A stretch of 64,000 nucleotides of DNA from Burkholderiales bacterium (GTDB lineage: Bacteria; Pseudomonadota; Gammaproteobacteria; Burkholderiales; SG8-41). The notes under the pieces were generated by a model. That model had not been told where the DNA came from. It saw only the letters and a list, made by a program, of their open reading frames with translations, and ran no database searches. How positions within the stretch are numbered: the first letter of the stretch is position 1; every line of letters begins with the position of its first letter. Made by a program: the position numbers and the translations under genes. Below, piece after piece: positions 49,678 to 58,635 of this stretch. The DNA is taken from positions 261,867-325,866 of the forward strand of contig JALHRQ010000002.1 in the NCBI GenBank assembly GCA_022841375.1, read 5' to 3'.

Positions 49678-50340
49678 ATGGATCACCGCCGCAGCAATCG
49701 CCAACTGAAAAACTTGCGGTTTTGGACTGCGGTGGCAGTGGCGCTCGTCGCGCCTACCGCAATGGCGCAGGGCGTCGTCAAAGGTGATCCGGCCCAAGCG
49801 CAAACCATCGTGACTCAGGTTTGCGTCGCCTGTCATGCAGCGGATGGCAACAGCGCAATCCCGGCCAACCCCAGCCTGGCAGGCCAGCACCCCGAATATA
49901 CTTACAAGCAACTGCGCAACTTCAAGTCTCAGGGCGGCAAACCCGCAGAACGCAGTAATGGCGTGATGGCGGGCATGGTGGCCAACCTGTCAGACGACGA
50001 CATGAAAAATCTTGCGGCCTACTACGCCGTGCAGAAACCCAAATCGCGTACAGCCCGCGATGCCGCTCTCGCCAAACAGGGCGAAAACATCTATCGCGGC
50101 GGCATTCAGGCGAAAGGTGTTGCCGCCTGCGCGTCCTGCCATGCGCCTAACGGCGCCGGCATACCCGCCCAGTTTCCCCGGGTAGCCGGTCAGCACGCCG
50201 AATACACCGCAGCCCAGTTGAGCGCTTTCCGTGTCGGGCAGCGCGCCAACGACCCGGTGCAGATGATGCGGATGATCGCCGCCAAAATGAGTGATCAGGA
50301 AATCAAGGCGGTCTCCGAGTACATTGCAGGATTGCGCTGA
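49678..50340 (+). CDS. Diheme cytochrome c4
   Basis: Signal peptide, CVACH and CASCH heme motifs, LAGQH; divergent from yihA. Confidence 0.93.
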   Translation: MDHRRSNRQLKNLRFWTAVAVALVAPTAMAQGVVKGDPAQAQTIVTQVCVACHAADGNSAIPANPSLAGQHPEYTYKQLRNFKSQGGKPAERSNGVMAGMVANLSDDDMKNLAAYYAVQKPKSRTARDAALAKQGENIYRGGIQAKGVAACASCHAPNGAGIPAQFPRVAGQHAEYTAAQLSAFRVGQRANDPVQMMRMIAAKMSDQEIKAVSEYIAGLR

Positions 50341-50372
50341 AACTTTCGCAACCTTTGCACGGTTCGGTTCAT

Positions 50373-51350
50373 TCAAGGCGAGACGGGCGTTGCGGTTGGT
50401 AGCTGTAAACCCTTTGCCGCAGCAACGCGCCGTAGCCGGTCGGGATAATCGGAAATAATGCCATCGACGCCCAGGCGGATCATTTGTTCCATATCCCGCT
50501 CATCGTTAACGGTCCATACCACTACTTTCAGTCCAAGTTGCTGCGCTTCGCGTATCGAGGCCGCAGTTACTTCGCCAAAATAGGGCGACCAGACTGCGCC
50601 GCCTGCGCTTTTGACCTGTTGCGGCAGCGAACCGTCGAACTCGCTGACATGCCGTCCGGCCGTCCACGGTGATGAGCGCTCGCCGGCACGAATGTTGTCC
50701 TGCCAAGACTGCTGCACCGTCAGGTAGACCGTGGCGATCTGCGGCGCTTCCTGCTGCACTACCTTCAGCGTGCGCCAGTCGAAGGACTGGATAGTAACCC
50801 GTGCTTCAAGTTTTTCCGCGCGTATCAACGCAATCAGCATCCGTGCGAATTCCACCGGCGGCAACGTGTGTTGCGGCTGTTCGGGCGAAATCTTGGTTTC
50901 AATATTAAAACGTACCTCACCGTTGCCGGCACGGCGTGTCAGCGCAAACACGTCGGCCAGACGCGGCACGCGCGCGCCGTCAACGGGCTGCTGCTGCGCA
51001 AACCGCTGCGCGTAGGCCGAAAGCGGACGGATGCGGCCGACGTCGTATTGCTGTAGTCCGTCAAAAGTAAGCTGATGGATCGCCAAATCATCGCTTTTCA
51101 GCCACTGCCCTTCCGCGCCGCGTGTGATGTCGGGGTTGAGCATGGGGTCGTGGCTGACCACGATCACCCCGTCTTTGGTAACTGCCGTGTCGAGTTCGAG
51201 TGTGGTGACGCCGAGGGTCAGCGCCAGTGCAAACGCCGGCAGTGTATTTTCCGGTAGCAGGCCGCGGGCGCCGCGATGACCCTGCAAATCCAGTCCAGTT
51301 GCAGTGCCGGTGATCATCAGCAATGCGGCCGCGGCGACGAAGCTGCGCAT
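50373..51350 (-). CDS. Exported glycerophosphodiester phosphodiesterase
   Basis: GHRGARG..PENT, ELD, HD, WTVN, GIISDYP. Confidence 0.93.
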   Translation of the reverse strand: MRSFVAAAALLMITGTATGLDLQGHRGARGLLPENTLPAFALALTLGVTTLELDTAVTKDGVIVVSHDPMLNPDITRGAEGQWLKSDDLAIHQLTFDGLQQYDVGRIRPLSAYAQRFAQQQPVDGARVPRLADVFALTRRAGNGEVRFNIETKISPEQPQHTLPPVEFARMLIALIRAEKLEARVTIQSFDWRTLKVVQQEAPQIATVYLTVQQSWQDNIRAGERSSPWTAGRHVSEFDGSLPQQVKSAGGAVWSPYFGEVTAASIREAQQLGLKVVVWTVNDERDMEQMIRLGVDGIISDYPDRLRRVAAAKGLQLPTATPVSP

Positions 51351-51362
51351 GCGGCGCTCACG

Positions 51363-52067
51363 CTACTCGCCGGCGGCGAGAAACGAGGTCATGCGCCATC
51401 CGGTCTCGCTCTTGCGGAAGCACGCGAGATGTTCAACCGGGCTGCGTATGTGTTCCTCCGGGATGTAGCCGTCGCGGTCCTGAGAGCGAATTTTGACCCA
51501 CTTTTGTTTGCTGTCGTTGTCGCGATCGGCGACTTCCCAGTCGGTGACGCGAACTACGACATGGCCCAGCATGCCCTGCACCATGGCGCTGCCCGACGGT
51601 TCACTGCGGACATCGGTTTGCCGCGCGGTCACGGCGCCGTAGCCATACGGGTCAATGTCTTTAGGCCATTGCGGCAATACATACGGAGCGCACAGGCTGC
51701 GCGGCATATGGTCATGGCGGTACCAGGCGGCGGCGAGATGCAGCGCCCGCGGCAGTTCGCGCCATAAGGGGCTGTCTTCGGCATCGGGTTGCCATTGGCG
51801 GATGAATTCTTCCATGCCGCGCGGCCGCTCCAGACCGTTGCGCACATTGCGATCAACAATGCTGAGCACAAACTTGCGGTCACGCTGCTGAACCGCCGTC
51901 AACAGCCGGTCGCGAAAGCGCGCCCACGACACGTCGCCGGCCGCTTCGTCACGGGGCACGAATACGGGGTTAGCCGCGGGCGTTGCGGCATGGGCGGCAA
52001 AGACGCCCACCAGCAGCGCGGCACAGCCGCATTGCAAGAGCAGTTTATTGATCAGCGACAAGGACAT
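51363..52067 (-). CDS. Exported hypothetical protein, possible C-terminal SH3-like domain
   Basis: Signal peptide (AHA); VRSEP...WVKI...GYI pattern typical of bacterial SH3. Confidence 0.6.
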   Translation of the reverse strand: MSLSLINKLLLQCGCAALLVGVFAAHAATPAANPVFVPRDEAAGDVSWARFRDRLLTAVQQRDRKFVLSIVDRNVRNGLERPRGMEEFIRQWQPDAEDSPLWRELPRALHLAAAWYRHDHMPRSLCAPYVLPQWPKDIDPYGYGAVTARQTDVRSEPSGSAMVQGMLGHVVVRVTDWEVADRDNDSKQKWVKIRSQDRDGYIPEEHIRSPVEHLACFRKSETGWRMTSFLAAGE

Positions 52068-52164
52068 GGAAGGGTGTGAAAGAGAGGAAGCAGCGACAGT
52101 GTCTGGTGTGCTGGAACGCGGAGCCGTATCTTAAGCGCCGGCCATGGGCCACACAACCGAGGCC

Positions 52165-52902
52165 TCAGGCAGCGGATTGTGCCGGTGTGGCGGCCAGCGC
52201 CCGCAACAATTCCACAGCGGCATCGCGCGAATCCAGCACGCGTTGCCGGGCAATGCGTTCCGCGGCATCGCCGTCGCCGCTGCGGATGGCCTGCAGCAGG
52301 CCCTGCCAGTGCCGTACCGATTGCAGGCGGCGTTCCCGCGATGACAGACCGAGGCGGGTGTAGCGCAGGGTCTGCACGGCCAGCGAACCGAGAATGGCCT
52401 GCAGCCGGCGATTGCCGGCGGCCTGGGTCAGCAATCGATTTAACCGGGTGACGATTTCAATATAGTCGTCGCCGGTGCCGGGCAATTCGGCGGCCTCGAC
52501 GAGTCGGGTAATGTCTTGTTCGATCAACGGCAGCAGGGACGTACGCCGCGGACTTTCCGCAATCAGGCGGTCGCGCAGGCCGTTGAGCATCGCGCGGATA
52601 TCGAAGATTTCATTCACTTCTTCGATGGTCGGATTGGTGACCTGGGCGCCGCGCCTAGCCAGAATGGTCACCAGCCCTTCTTTTTCCAGCAGTCGCAGCG
52701 CTTCGCGCACCGGACCGCGGCTGACTTCAAATTCCGCCGCAACGGCCTGCTCCATGATGCGCTGTCCCGGTACATAGACGCCGGACACGATGCGTTCAGA
52801 CATGCGGGCCGCAATCTGTTCCGGCAGTGACTGGGTTAATGGTGTGTCCTGACGCAAATGCGTCAGCCGGTCGGCGGGAGGATTCGTGCCCAGGCTGGTC
52901 AT
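52165..52902 (-). CDS. GntR/FadR-family transcriptional regulator
   Basis: wHTH PGQRI.E...FEVSRGPVREALRLL..EGLV; FCD-like C-terminus; start moved to ATG 52902. Confidence 0.93.
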   Translation of the reverse strand: MTSLGTNPPADRLTHLRQDTPLTQSLPEQIAARMSERIVSGVYVPGQRIMEQAVAAEFEVSRGPVREALRLLEKEGLVTILARRGAQVTNPTIEEVNEIFDIRAMLNGLRDRLIAESPRRTSLLPLIEQDITRLVEAAELPGTGDDYIEIVTRLNRLLTQAAGNRRLQAILGSLAVQTLRYTRLGLSSRERRLQSVRHWQGLLQAIRSGDGDAAERIARQRVLDSRDAAVELLRALAATPAQSAA

Positions 52903-52934
52903 AATGCGTTCCAAGATACGGTCACTTTGTATTA

Positions 52935-52956
52935 TTGTCAACAATCTTGTTGACAA
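52935..52956. promoter_or_regulatory. Palindromic operator, probably for the adjacent GntR
   Basis: Perfect inverted repeat TTGTCAACAA-TC-TTGTTGACAA in the divergent promoter; related TTGCCAACAA at 53243-53252. Confidence 0.75.
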
Positions 52957-53016
52957 CAATTAGGGTCAGGCATAGCATTCCCAGGATCCCATTTGAAACA
53001 ATCGAGGAGCTCAACC

Positions 53017-53238
53017 ATGGCCCGTATTGAAGTTAAATCCGAAATCACCGGAACCGTCTGGCAACTGAAAGCGCAACCCGGCGACAAAGTCGAAGGCGGC
53101 GATGTGCTGATCGTAATCGAATCGATGAAGATGGAAATCCCGGTTATTACCGAGGATGGGGGGACAGTGAAGGAAATCCTGGTCAAGGAAAAAGACCCAG
53201 TGTCCGAGGGCCAGGTTGTTGCCATCCTCGAAGAGTAA
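53017..53238 (+). CDS. Stand-alone biotin carboxyl carrier protein
   Basis: 73 aa, ESMKMEIPV biotinylation motif; GAGGAG RBS. Confidence 0.93.
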   Translation: MARIEVKSEITGTVWQLKAQPGDKVEGGDVLIVIESMKMEIPVITEDGGTVKEILVKEKDPVSEGQVVAILEE

Positions 53239-53310
53239 GTAGTTGCCAACAAGCTAGGTGTGAGCGCACGCTTACAAAATAACTAATTGTTTTTTTTAAT
53301 AAAATAATTC

Positions 53311-54882
53311 GTGATGAGTTGGCAGCCTGAAATCGACGAGCTCCATCGCCGCCGTGTATTGGCCGAAGCCTGCGGTGGCTCCGAAGCCGTCGCCAAACAC
53401 CACGCCCAGGGCAAGCTGACGGTGCGGGAGCGGGTGGCTGCGCTGGCCGATCCGGGGACATTTCGTGAGGTCGGTAAACTCGCCGGCAAGGCCACTTATG
53501 ACGCCGACGGCCAGTTGAAGGGTTTCGAACCGGCACCGTACGTGATGGGATTGGCACGCATCAACGGCCGACCGGTGGCGATCGGCGGCGAGGATTACAC
53601 CATTCGTGCCGGCACCGGTTTCGGCAGTGATCGCCGCAAAGGCGGGCAGGGCGGATTCATCGAGGATCTGGCCTTTGAATACCGCATCCCGCTGATCAAC
53701 CTGATCGACGGCACCGGCGGCACCGTCAACACCGCCAAGCGCAAGGGTTACACCGTTGTTCCCGGATACGGCCAGGATGGCATCGAACGCTCGGTTGAAC
53801 TGCTGGGCCAGGTGCCGGTGGTGTCCGCGGTGATGGGCACGACCGCGGGCGGCCCGTCGATGCGCGCGATCCTCGCCCACTGGTCAATCATGGTCAAAGG
53901 CAGCGGGCAGATTTTTGCGGCGGGGCCGCCGGTGGTCGAACGGGCCTTCGGCGAAAAGCTGCACAAGGATGAACTCGGCGGCACCAAAGTCGCCGTCGAT
54001 ACCGCGGGCACCATCGACAATGTTGCCGAAAACGAACAGGACTGTTTTGAACAGATCCGCCGCTTCCTGTCGTACATGCCGCAGAACGTCTGGGAAATGC
54101 CGCCGGCCGCCAACAACGGCGATCCGGTTGACCGCTGCGAAGATGCGCTGGCGAGTATCGTGCCGCGATCCAACCGCCAGGCCTACAATATGAAAAAGCT
54201 GGTCGGCCTGATTGTCGACCGCGATTCGCTGTTTGAAATCCAGCCGACCTTTGGCAAAGCCGTGATCACCGCGCTGGCGCGGATGAACGGCAAGGTCGTC
54301 GGCATCATCGCCAGCAACCCGATGGTCGGCGGCATCATGGACGTCAAAGCGGCACGCAAGCAGGGCCATTTCGCCGAGCTCTGCGACATGTTCAACATTC
54401 CGATCATCCTCTTCGCCGACATTCCCGGATTGATGGTCGGTCGTGAATCCGAAGCCGACGCCATCCTGCGCGAAGGTGTGCGCACGCGCTACATCCTTGG
54501 CCAGGTAAAAGTGCCGATGTTCACGGTGATCGTGCGCAAATGTTATGGCGTCGCCGGTGGCGGTTTCATCGATCGTGCCGGACTCAATTTCAAGATTGCC
54601 TGGCCGTCGGGCGAGTGGGGTTCCCTGCCGGTTGAAGGCGGTGTCAAAGCCGCATACCGCCGCGAGATCGAAAGCGCGGCGGACCCCGCGGCACGTGAAC
54701 GTGAAATCGAAACGGAACTGAAACAACTTGCATCGCCGTTCCGCACTGCCGAAGCCTTTGCCATCGAAGACTTGATCGATCCGCGCGAGACGCGGCCCTA
54801 TTTGTGCCAGTTTATCGATGCGATGCAGGGCCGGCTGGCGAGCCAGTTGGGTCCTAAGTATCGCGCCGGCGTCCGCCCTTGA
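53311..54882 (+). CDS. Acyl-CoA carboxylase carboxyltransferase subunit (CT1)
   Basis: HHAQGKLTVRERV, AGPPVV, DIPGLMVG, IDPRETR; PccB/AccD-like two-domain protein. Confidence 0.9.
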   Translation: MMSWQPEIDELHRRRVLAEACGGSEAVAKHHAQGKLTVRERVAALADPGTFREVGKLAGKATYDADGQLKGFEPAPYVMGLARINGRPVAIGGEDYTIRAGTGFGSDRRKGGQGGFIEDLAFEYRIPLINLIDGTGGTVNTAKRKGYTVVPGYGQDGIERSVELLGQVPVVSAVMGTTAGGPSMRAILAHWSIMVKGSGQIFAAGPPVVERAFGEKLHKDELGGTKVAVDTAGTIDNVAENEQDCFEQIRRFLSYMPQNVWEMPPAANNGDPVDRCEDALASIVPRSNRQAYNMKKLVGLIVDRDSLFEIQPTFGKAVITALARMNGKVVGIIASNPMVGGIMDVKAARKQGHFAELCDMFNIPIILFADIPGLMVGRESEADAILREGVRTRYILGQVKVPMFTVIVRKCYGVAGGGFIDRAGLNFKIAWPSGEWGSLPVEGGVKAAYRREIESAADPAAREREIETELKQLASPFRTAEAFAIEDLIDPRETRPYLCQFIDAMQGRLASQLGPKYRAGVRP

Positions 54883-54915
54883 TTCATAACTAATTGTTTT
54901 TATTGGAAATTTAAT

Positions 54916-56451
54916 ATGGCTTTCGAAGCATTGTTGCAGGAATACGAAGCCCGCCGCGCCAAGGCGCTGGCCGGTGGTGGCGAAGAGAAATATGCGAAGC
55001 GCAGCGCCAAGGGCATTTGGAATGCACGTCAGCGCATCGACTATTTAACGGACCAAGGCTCGTTTATTGAATCGGGCCTGTTCGGGTCTTCCGGTGTTTA
55101 TGCGGCACAGGAAGACGAGACCCAGACCGACGGCAAACTTGCGGGCTTCGGCCGTATCGATGGCCGAGACGTGTGCCTGGTGGTCAATGACTTCACGGTG
55201 AAGGGCGCCTCAACTTCGGCGACCAACAGCAAAAAAATCGGTCACATGAAACGCACCGCCACCGAGCGTGGCATGCCGTTGGTGCTGATCGGCGAATCCA
55301 CCGGCGCGCGTCTGCCGGATGCGATGGGTTCGCGCGGCATGGGTTTATTGCTCGGCAACGACAACACGCAATTCCGCCGCATGCGCGAAATCCCGATGGC
55401 AGCTGCCGCCTTCGGCCCGTCTTTCGGGTCATCGACCTGGCTGATGTGTCAGTCCGATTTTGCGATCATGCACAAGAGCGCGATCATGGCGGTGTCCAGC
55501 CCGGGCCTGGTGTCGATGGCGTTGGGTGAAAAAGTCGCCGCCGAAGATCTTGGCGGTTGGCGTTTGCATGCCGAAACCACCGGCCTGATTGACCAGTTCG
55601 CCGACACCGAAGAAGAGGTGTTCGACCAGATCAAGAAATTCCTGTCATACATGCCCAACCACCACCGCGAAGCGCCGGCCGACGCACCGGTGCCCGCAGG
55701 ATCCGGCGCGGATATGGCGAAAGTGTTCGACATCCTGCCCGAGAGCCGCACCCAGGTGTACGACATGAAGCGGGTCATCAAGTGCATCGTCGACAAGGAC
55801 TCGCTGTTTGAAATGAAACCCCGTTTCGGCAAAAGCGCGGTGACCGCGCTGGCGCGGCTCGGCGGCAAGTCGGTGGGCATAATCGCCAACAACCCGCTGC
55901 ATCGCGGCGGCGCGCTGGATGCCGACGCCTGCCGCAAGATCGTCGATTTCATCGTCATGTGTGATTCGTTCAACATCCCTTTCGTGATGCTGGTCGACAC
56001 CCCGGGCTTCCAGATCGGCACCGAAGCGGAACGCGCCGGTGCGCCGGGCAAGATCATGAACTTCATGAACGCGATGACGCTGGTCAGCGTGCCGCATATC
56101 TCGGTGATCGTGCGCAAGAGCTACGGTCGGGCTTACGTGTGCATGGGCGGCGGCCGCCATTCCGACGAAGTCGGCGCCTGGCCTTCCGCTGAAGTCAGTT
56201 TCATGAGCCCCGACTTTGCGACCAAGATCGTGCATGGCGTCGGCCACGGCGAACCCGGATTCGAGGAAGCGCTGGCAGACATCCGCAAGGGCGCCGATGT
56301 CTGGGGCCTGGCCGCGGTGTATGCCACGCAGTCGGTGATCAAGCCGCAGGATACCCGCGAGTACCTGATCCGCATGCTCGACGTCTACAAGCTGCGCATG
56401 ACCAAGGGTGTGGGACAGCACCTGATGCGCAGCTGGCCGACCAGTTATTAA
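54916..56451 (+). CDS. Acyl-CoA carboxylase carboxyltransferase subunit (CT2)
   Basis: ARQRID, NDFTVKGAS, YDMKRVI, DTPGFQIG, VIVRKSYG. Confidence 0.9.
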   Translation: MAFEALLQEYEARRAKALAGGGEEKYAKRSAKGIWNARQRIDYLTDQGSFIESGLFGSSGVYAAQEDETQTDGKLAGFGRIDGRDVCLVVNDFTVKGASTSATNSKKIGHMKRTATERGMPLVLIGESTGARLPDAMGSRGMGLLLGNDNTQFRRMREIPMAAAAFGPSFGSSTWLMCQSDFAIMHKSAIMAVSSPGLVSMALGEKVAAEDLGGWRLHAETTGLIDQFADTEEEVFDQIKKFLSYMPNHHREAPADAPVPAGSGADMAKVFDILPESRTQVYDMKRVIKCIVDKDSLFEMKPRFGKSAVTALARLGGKSVGIIANNPLHRGGALDADACRKIVDFIVMCDSFNIPFVMLVDTPGFQIGTEAERAGAPGKIMNFMNAMTLVSVPHISVIVRKSYGRAYVCMGGGRHSDEVGAWPSAEVSFMSPDFATKIVHGVGHGEPGFEEALADIRKGADVWGLAAVYATQSVIKPQDTREYLIRMLDVYKLRMTKGVGQHLMRSWPTSY

Positions 56452-56464
56452 TTAACAGTTATTA

Positions 56465-56545
56465 GCCACAGAGTTCACAGAGAGCCCAGAAAACAGCAAA
56501 ACCGCTTAACACGGAATTCTGGCCGTTATCTCTGTGCCCTGTGGC
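56465..56545. repeat. Hairpin / MITE-like intergenic element with CACAGAG repeats
   Basis: GCCACAGAGTTCACAGAGA ... TCTCTGTGCCCTGTGGC imperfect terminal inverted repeats. Confidence 0.6.
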
Positions 56546-56558
56546 AAAAGGATATTTG

Positions 56559-57908
56559 ATGTTTAACAAAGTATTGGTAGCAAATCGCGGCGCCGTCGCC
56601 GCCCGCGTGCTGCGCGCGCTGAACGCGATGAAAATTCACTCGGTCGCGGTGTATTCTGAAGTCGATCATCACGCGCCTTATCTGGAAATGGCGAGCCAGA
56701 CCTTCGCCATCGGTCCCGCGCCCGCGCGCGAGAGCTATCTCAACCAGGACACCCTCATCGACGTGCTGCGCCAGTCCGGCGCCGACGGGCTGCATCCCGG
56801 TTATGGCTTTTTGTCGGAGAATGCCGGCTTTGCGCAGAAGGTCATTGATGCCGGTTCGCGCTTCATCGGGCCGTCACCGAAGTGGATTGATGCGATGGGC
56901 CACAAGACCCGCGCCCGTGACATTGCCGCGCAATACGGCATGCCGATGTCGCACGGTTCGGATGTGCTGCCCGATGACAACGATGCGATCATCGCTGCCG
57001 CACGCAAGATCGGCTTCCCGGTGCTGGTAAAACCGGCGGGCGGGGGTGGCGGCATCGGCATGTTGCCGGCCAAGGATGAAGCGGAGCTGCTGACCGCGGT
57101 CGAGCGTTCGCGCTCAATGGCCAGCCGCGGCTTTGGCACCACCGAGGTTTATCTTGAGAAATTGATTGAACGGCCGCGCCATGTCGAATTCCAGATTCTT
57201 GGCGACCAGCATGGCAGCGCGATGCACCTGTTCGAGCGCGACTGCTCGACCCAGCGCCGCAACCAGAAAGTGATTGAAGAGGCGCCGGGCCCGCTGATTC
57301 CGCGCGACAAAGCCGTTGCCGTCGCTGACCAGATCGCCGGCATCATGCGCACTATGGGTTACGACAACATTGGGACCGTTGAAATGCTGCTCGGCGCCGA
57401 CGGCTCGTTCAACTTCCTCGAAATGAACACCCGGCTGCAGGTCGAGCATGGCGTCACCGAAGAAGTCACCGGCGTTGATCTGGTGCGCGCACAGATCCGT
57501 TCGGCGGCCGGTGAAAAACTCGTCGATATCCTGCCGGGCACGCCCGAAATCAAGGGCCACGCCATCCAGGCGCGCGTCTATGCGGAAGACCCGAAAAACT
57601 TTTTCCCGTCGCCGGGCAAGCTGACAGTGTTCCGCCCGCCGGAAGGCGAGGGCATCCGCGTCGATACCGGTTATGCCGAAGGCCGCGACGTAACCCCTCA
57701 TTACGATCCGATGATTGCCAAGGTCATTGTTCGCGCGGCAACACGCGAAGCCGCAATCGATAAATTGACTGAAGCGCTGGGCGGATTCGACATCCAGGGC
57801 CTCAAACACAATATTCCGGCAGTTCTTAACATCCTGCGCTCCGAACAATTCCGTGCGGGCCGGGTACACACCGGCATCATCGGTGAAGTCACGGGCAAGA
57901 AAGTATAA
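56559..57908 (+). CDS. Biotin carboxylase (stand-alone)
   Basis: KVLVANRG, HPGYGFLSEN, ERDCSTQRRNQK, EMNTRLQVEH, YDPMIAK. Confidence 0.95.
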   Translation: MFNKVLVANRGAVAARVLRALNAMKIHSVAVYSEVDHHAPYLEMASQTFAIGPAPARESYLNQDTLIDVLRQSGADGLHPGYGFLSENAGFAQKVIDAGSRFIGPSPKWIDAMGHKTRARDIAAQYGMPMSHGSDVLPDDNDAIIAAARKIGFPVLVKPAGGGGGIGMLPAKDEAELLTAVERSRSMASRGFGTTEVYLEKLIERPRHVEFQILGDQHGSAMHLFERDCSTQRRNQKVIEEAPGPLIPRDKAVAVADQIAGIMRTMGYDNIGTVEMLLGADGSFNFLEMNTRLQVEHGVTEEVTGVDLVRAQIRSAAGEKLVDILPGTPEIKGHAIQARVYAEDPKNFFPSPGKLTVFRPPEGEGIRVDTGYAEGRDVTPHYDPMIAKVIVRAATREAAIDKLTEALGGFDIQGLKHNIPAVLNILRSEQFRAGRVHTGIIGEVTGKKV

Positions 57909-57913
57909 ACGGC

Positions 57914-58618
57914 ATGAATACAACACAAGACAATCCTGTCACCGCCGCCAAACGCGCCGGCCGCAACGCGCTGGATGAGAGCGCGGGCAAACAATTGCTG
58001 GCTGCACATGGCGTCAAGGTGCCGCAGTCGCGAGTGGCCAAAGGGGTGGGTGATGTCGATGCTGTGATGAACGGCCTGCAGACCCCGGTCGTGGTCAAGG
58101 TCATGTCGCCCGACATCCTGCACAAGAGCGATGCAGGTGGCGTGAAAATCAATTTGCGCTCTGCCGCCGAGGTCAAAGCGGAGATCGAGGGCATGCTCAA
58201 TGCGCCGAAGATCAAGGGCGCGCGCATCGAAGGTTTCCTGGTTGAAGAAATGGCGCCGGCCGGCCACGAACTGGTGATCGGCGGACTGCGCGATCCGCAG
58301 TTCGGCCCGCTGGTGATGGTCGGTTTGGGCGGCATCTTTGTCGAGATTCTGAAAGACGTGTCCTTCAGGCTTTGTCCGATCACCCGCATTGATGCCGAGG
58401 AGATGATTGCCGAACTCAAGGGCGCGGCGATTCTGCAAGGCGCCCGGGGTACCAAGCCCGCGTCGATGGACGCGATCATCGACGTGTTGCTGAAAGTGGG
58501 CGGTGAAAACGGCTTATTGATGCAGCATGCCGCCGACATCAGCGAAGCCGACATCAATCCGCTGATCGTGTCCGACACCGCGGCCGTGGCCGTCGATGCG
58601 CGGTTCATCCTCGGCTGA
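57914..58618 (+). CDS. ADP-forming acyl-CoA synthetase, ATP-grasp (beta) subunit
   Basis: SPDILHKSDAGGV, DPQFGP.VMVGLGGIFVE, DINPL. Confidence 0.92.
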   Translation: MNTTQDNPVTAAKRAGRNALDESAGKQLLAAHGVKVPQSRVAKGVGDVDAVMNGLQTPVVVKVMSPDILHKSDAGGVKINLRSAAEVKAEIEGMLNAPKIKGARIEGFLVEEMAPAGHELVIGGLRDPQFGPLVMVGLGGIFVEILKDVSFRLCPITRIDAEEMIAELKGAAILQGARGTKPASMDAIIDVLLKVGGENGLLMQHAADISEADINPLIVSDTAAVAVDARFILG

Positions 58619-58635
58619 AGACTGGATCAATCAAC

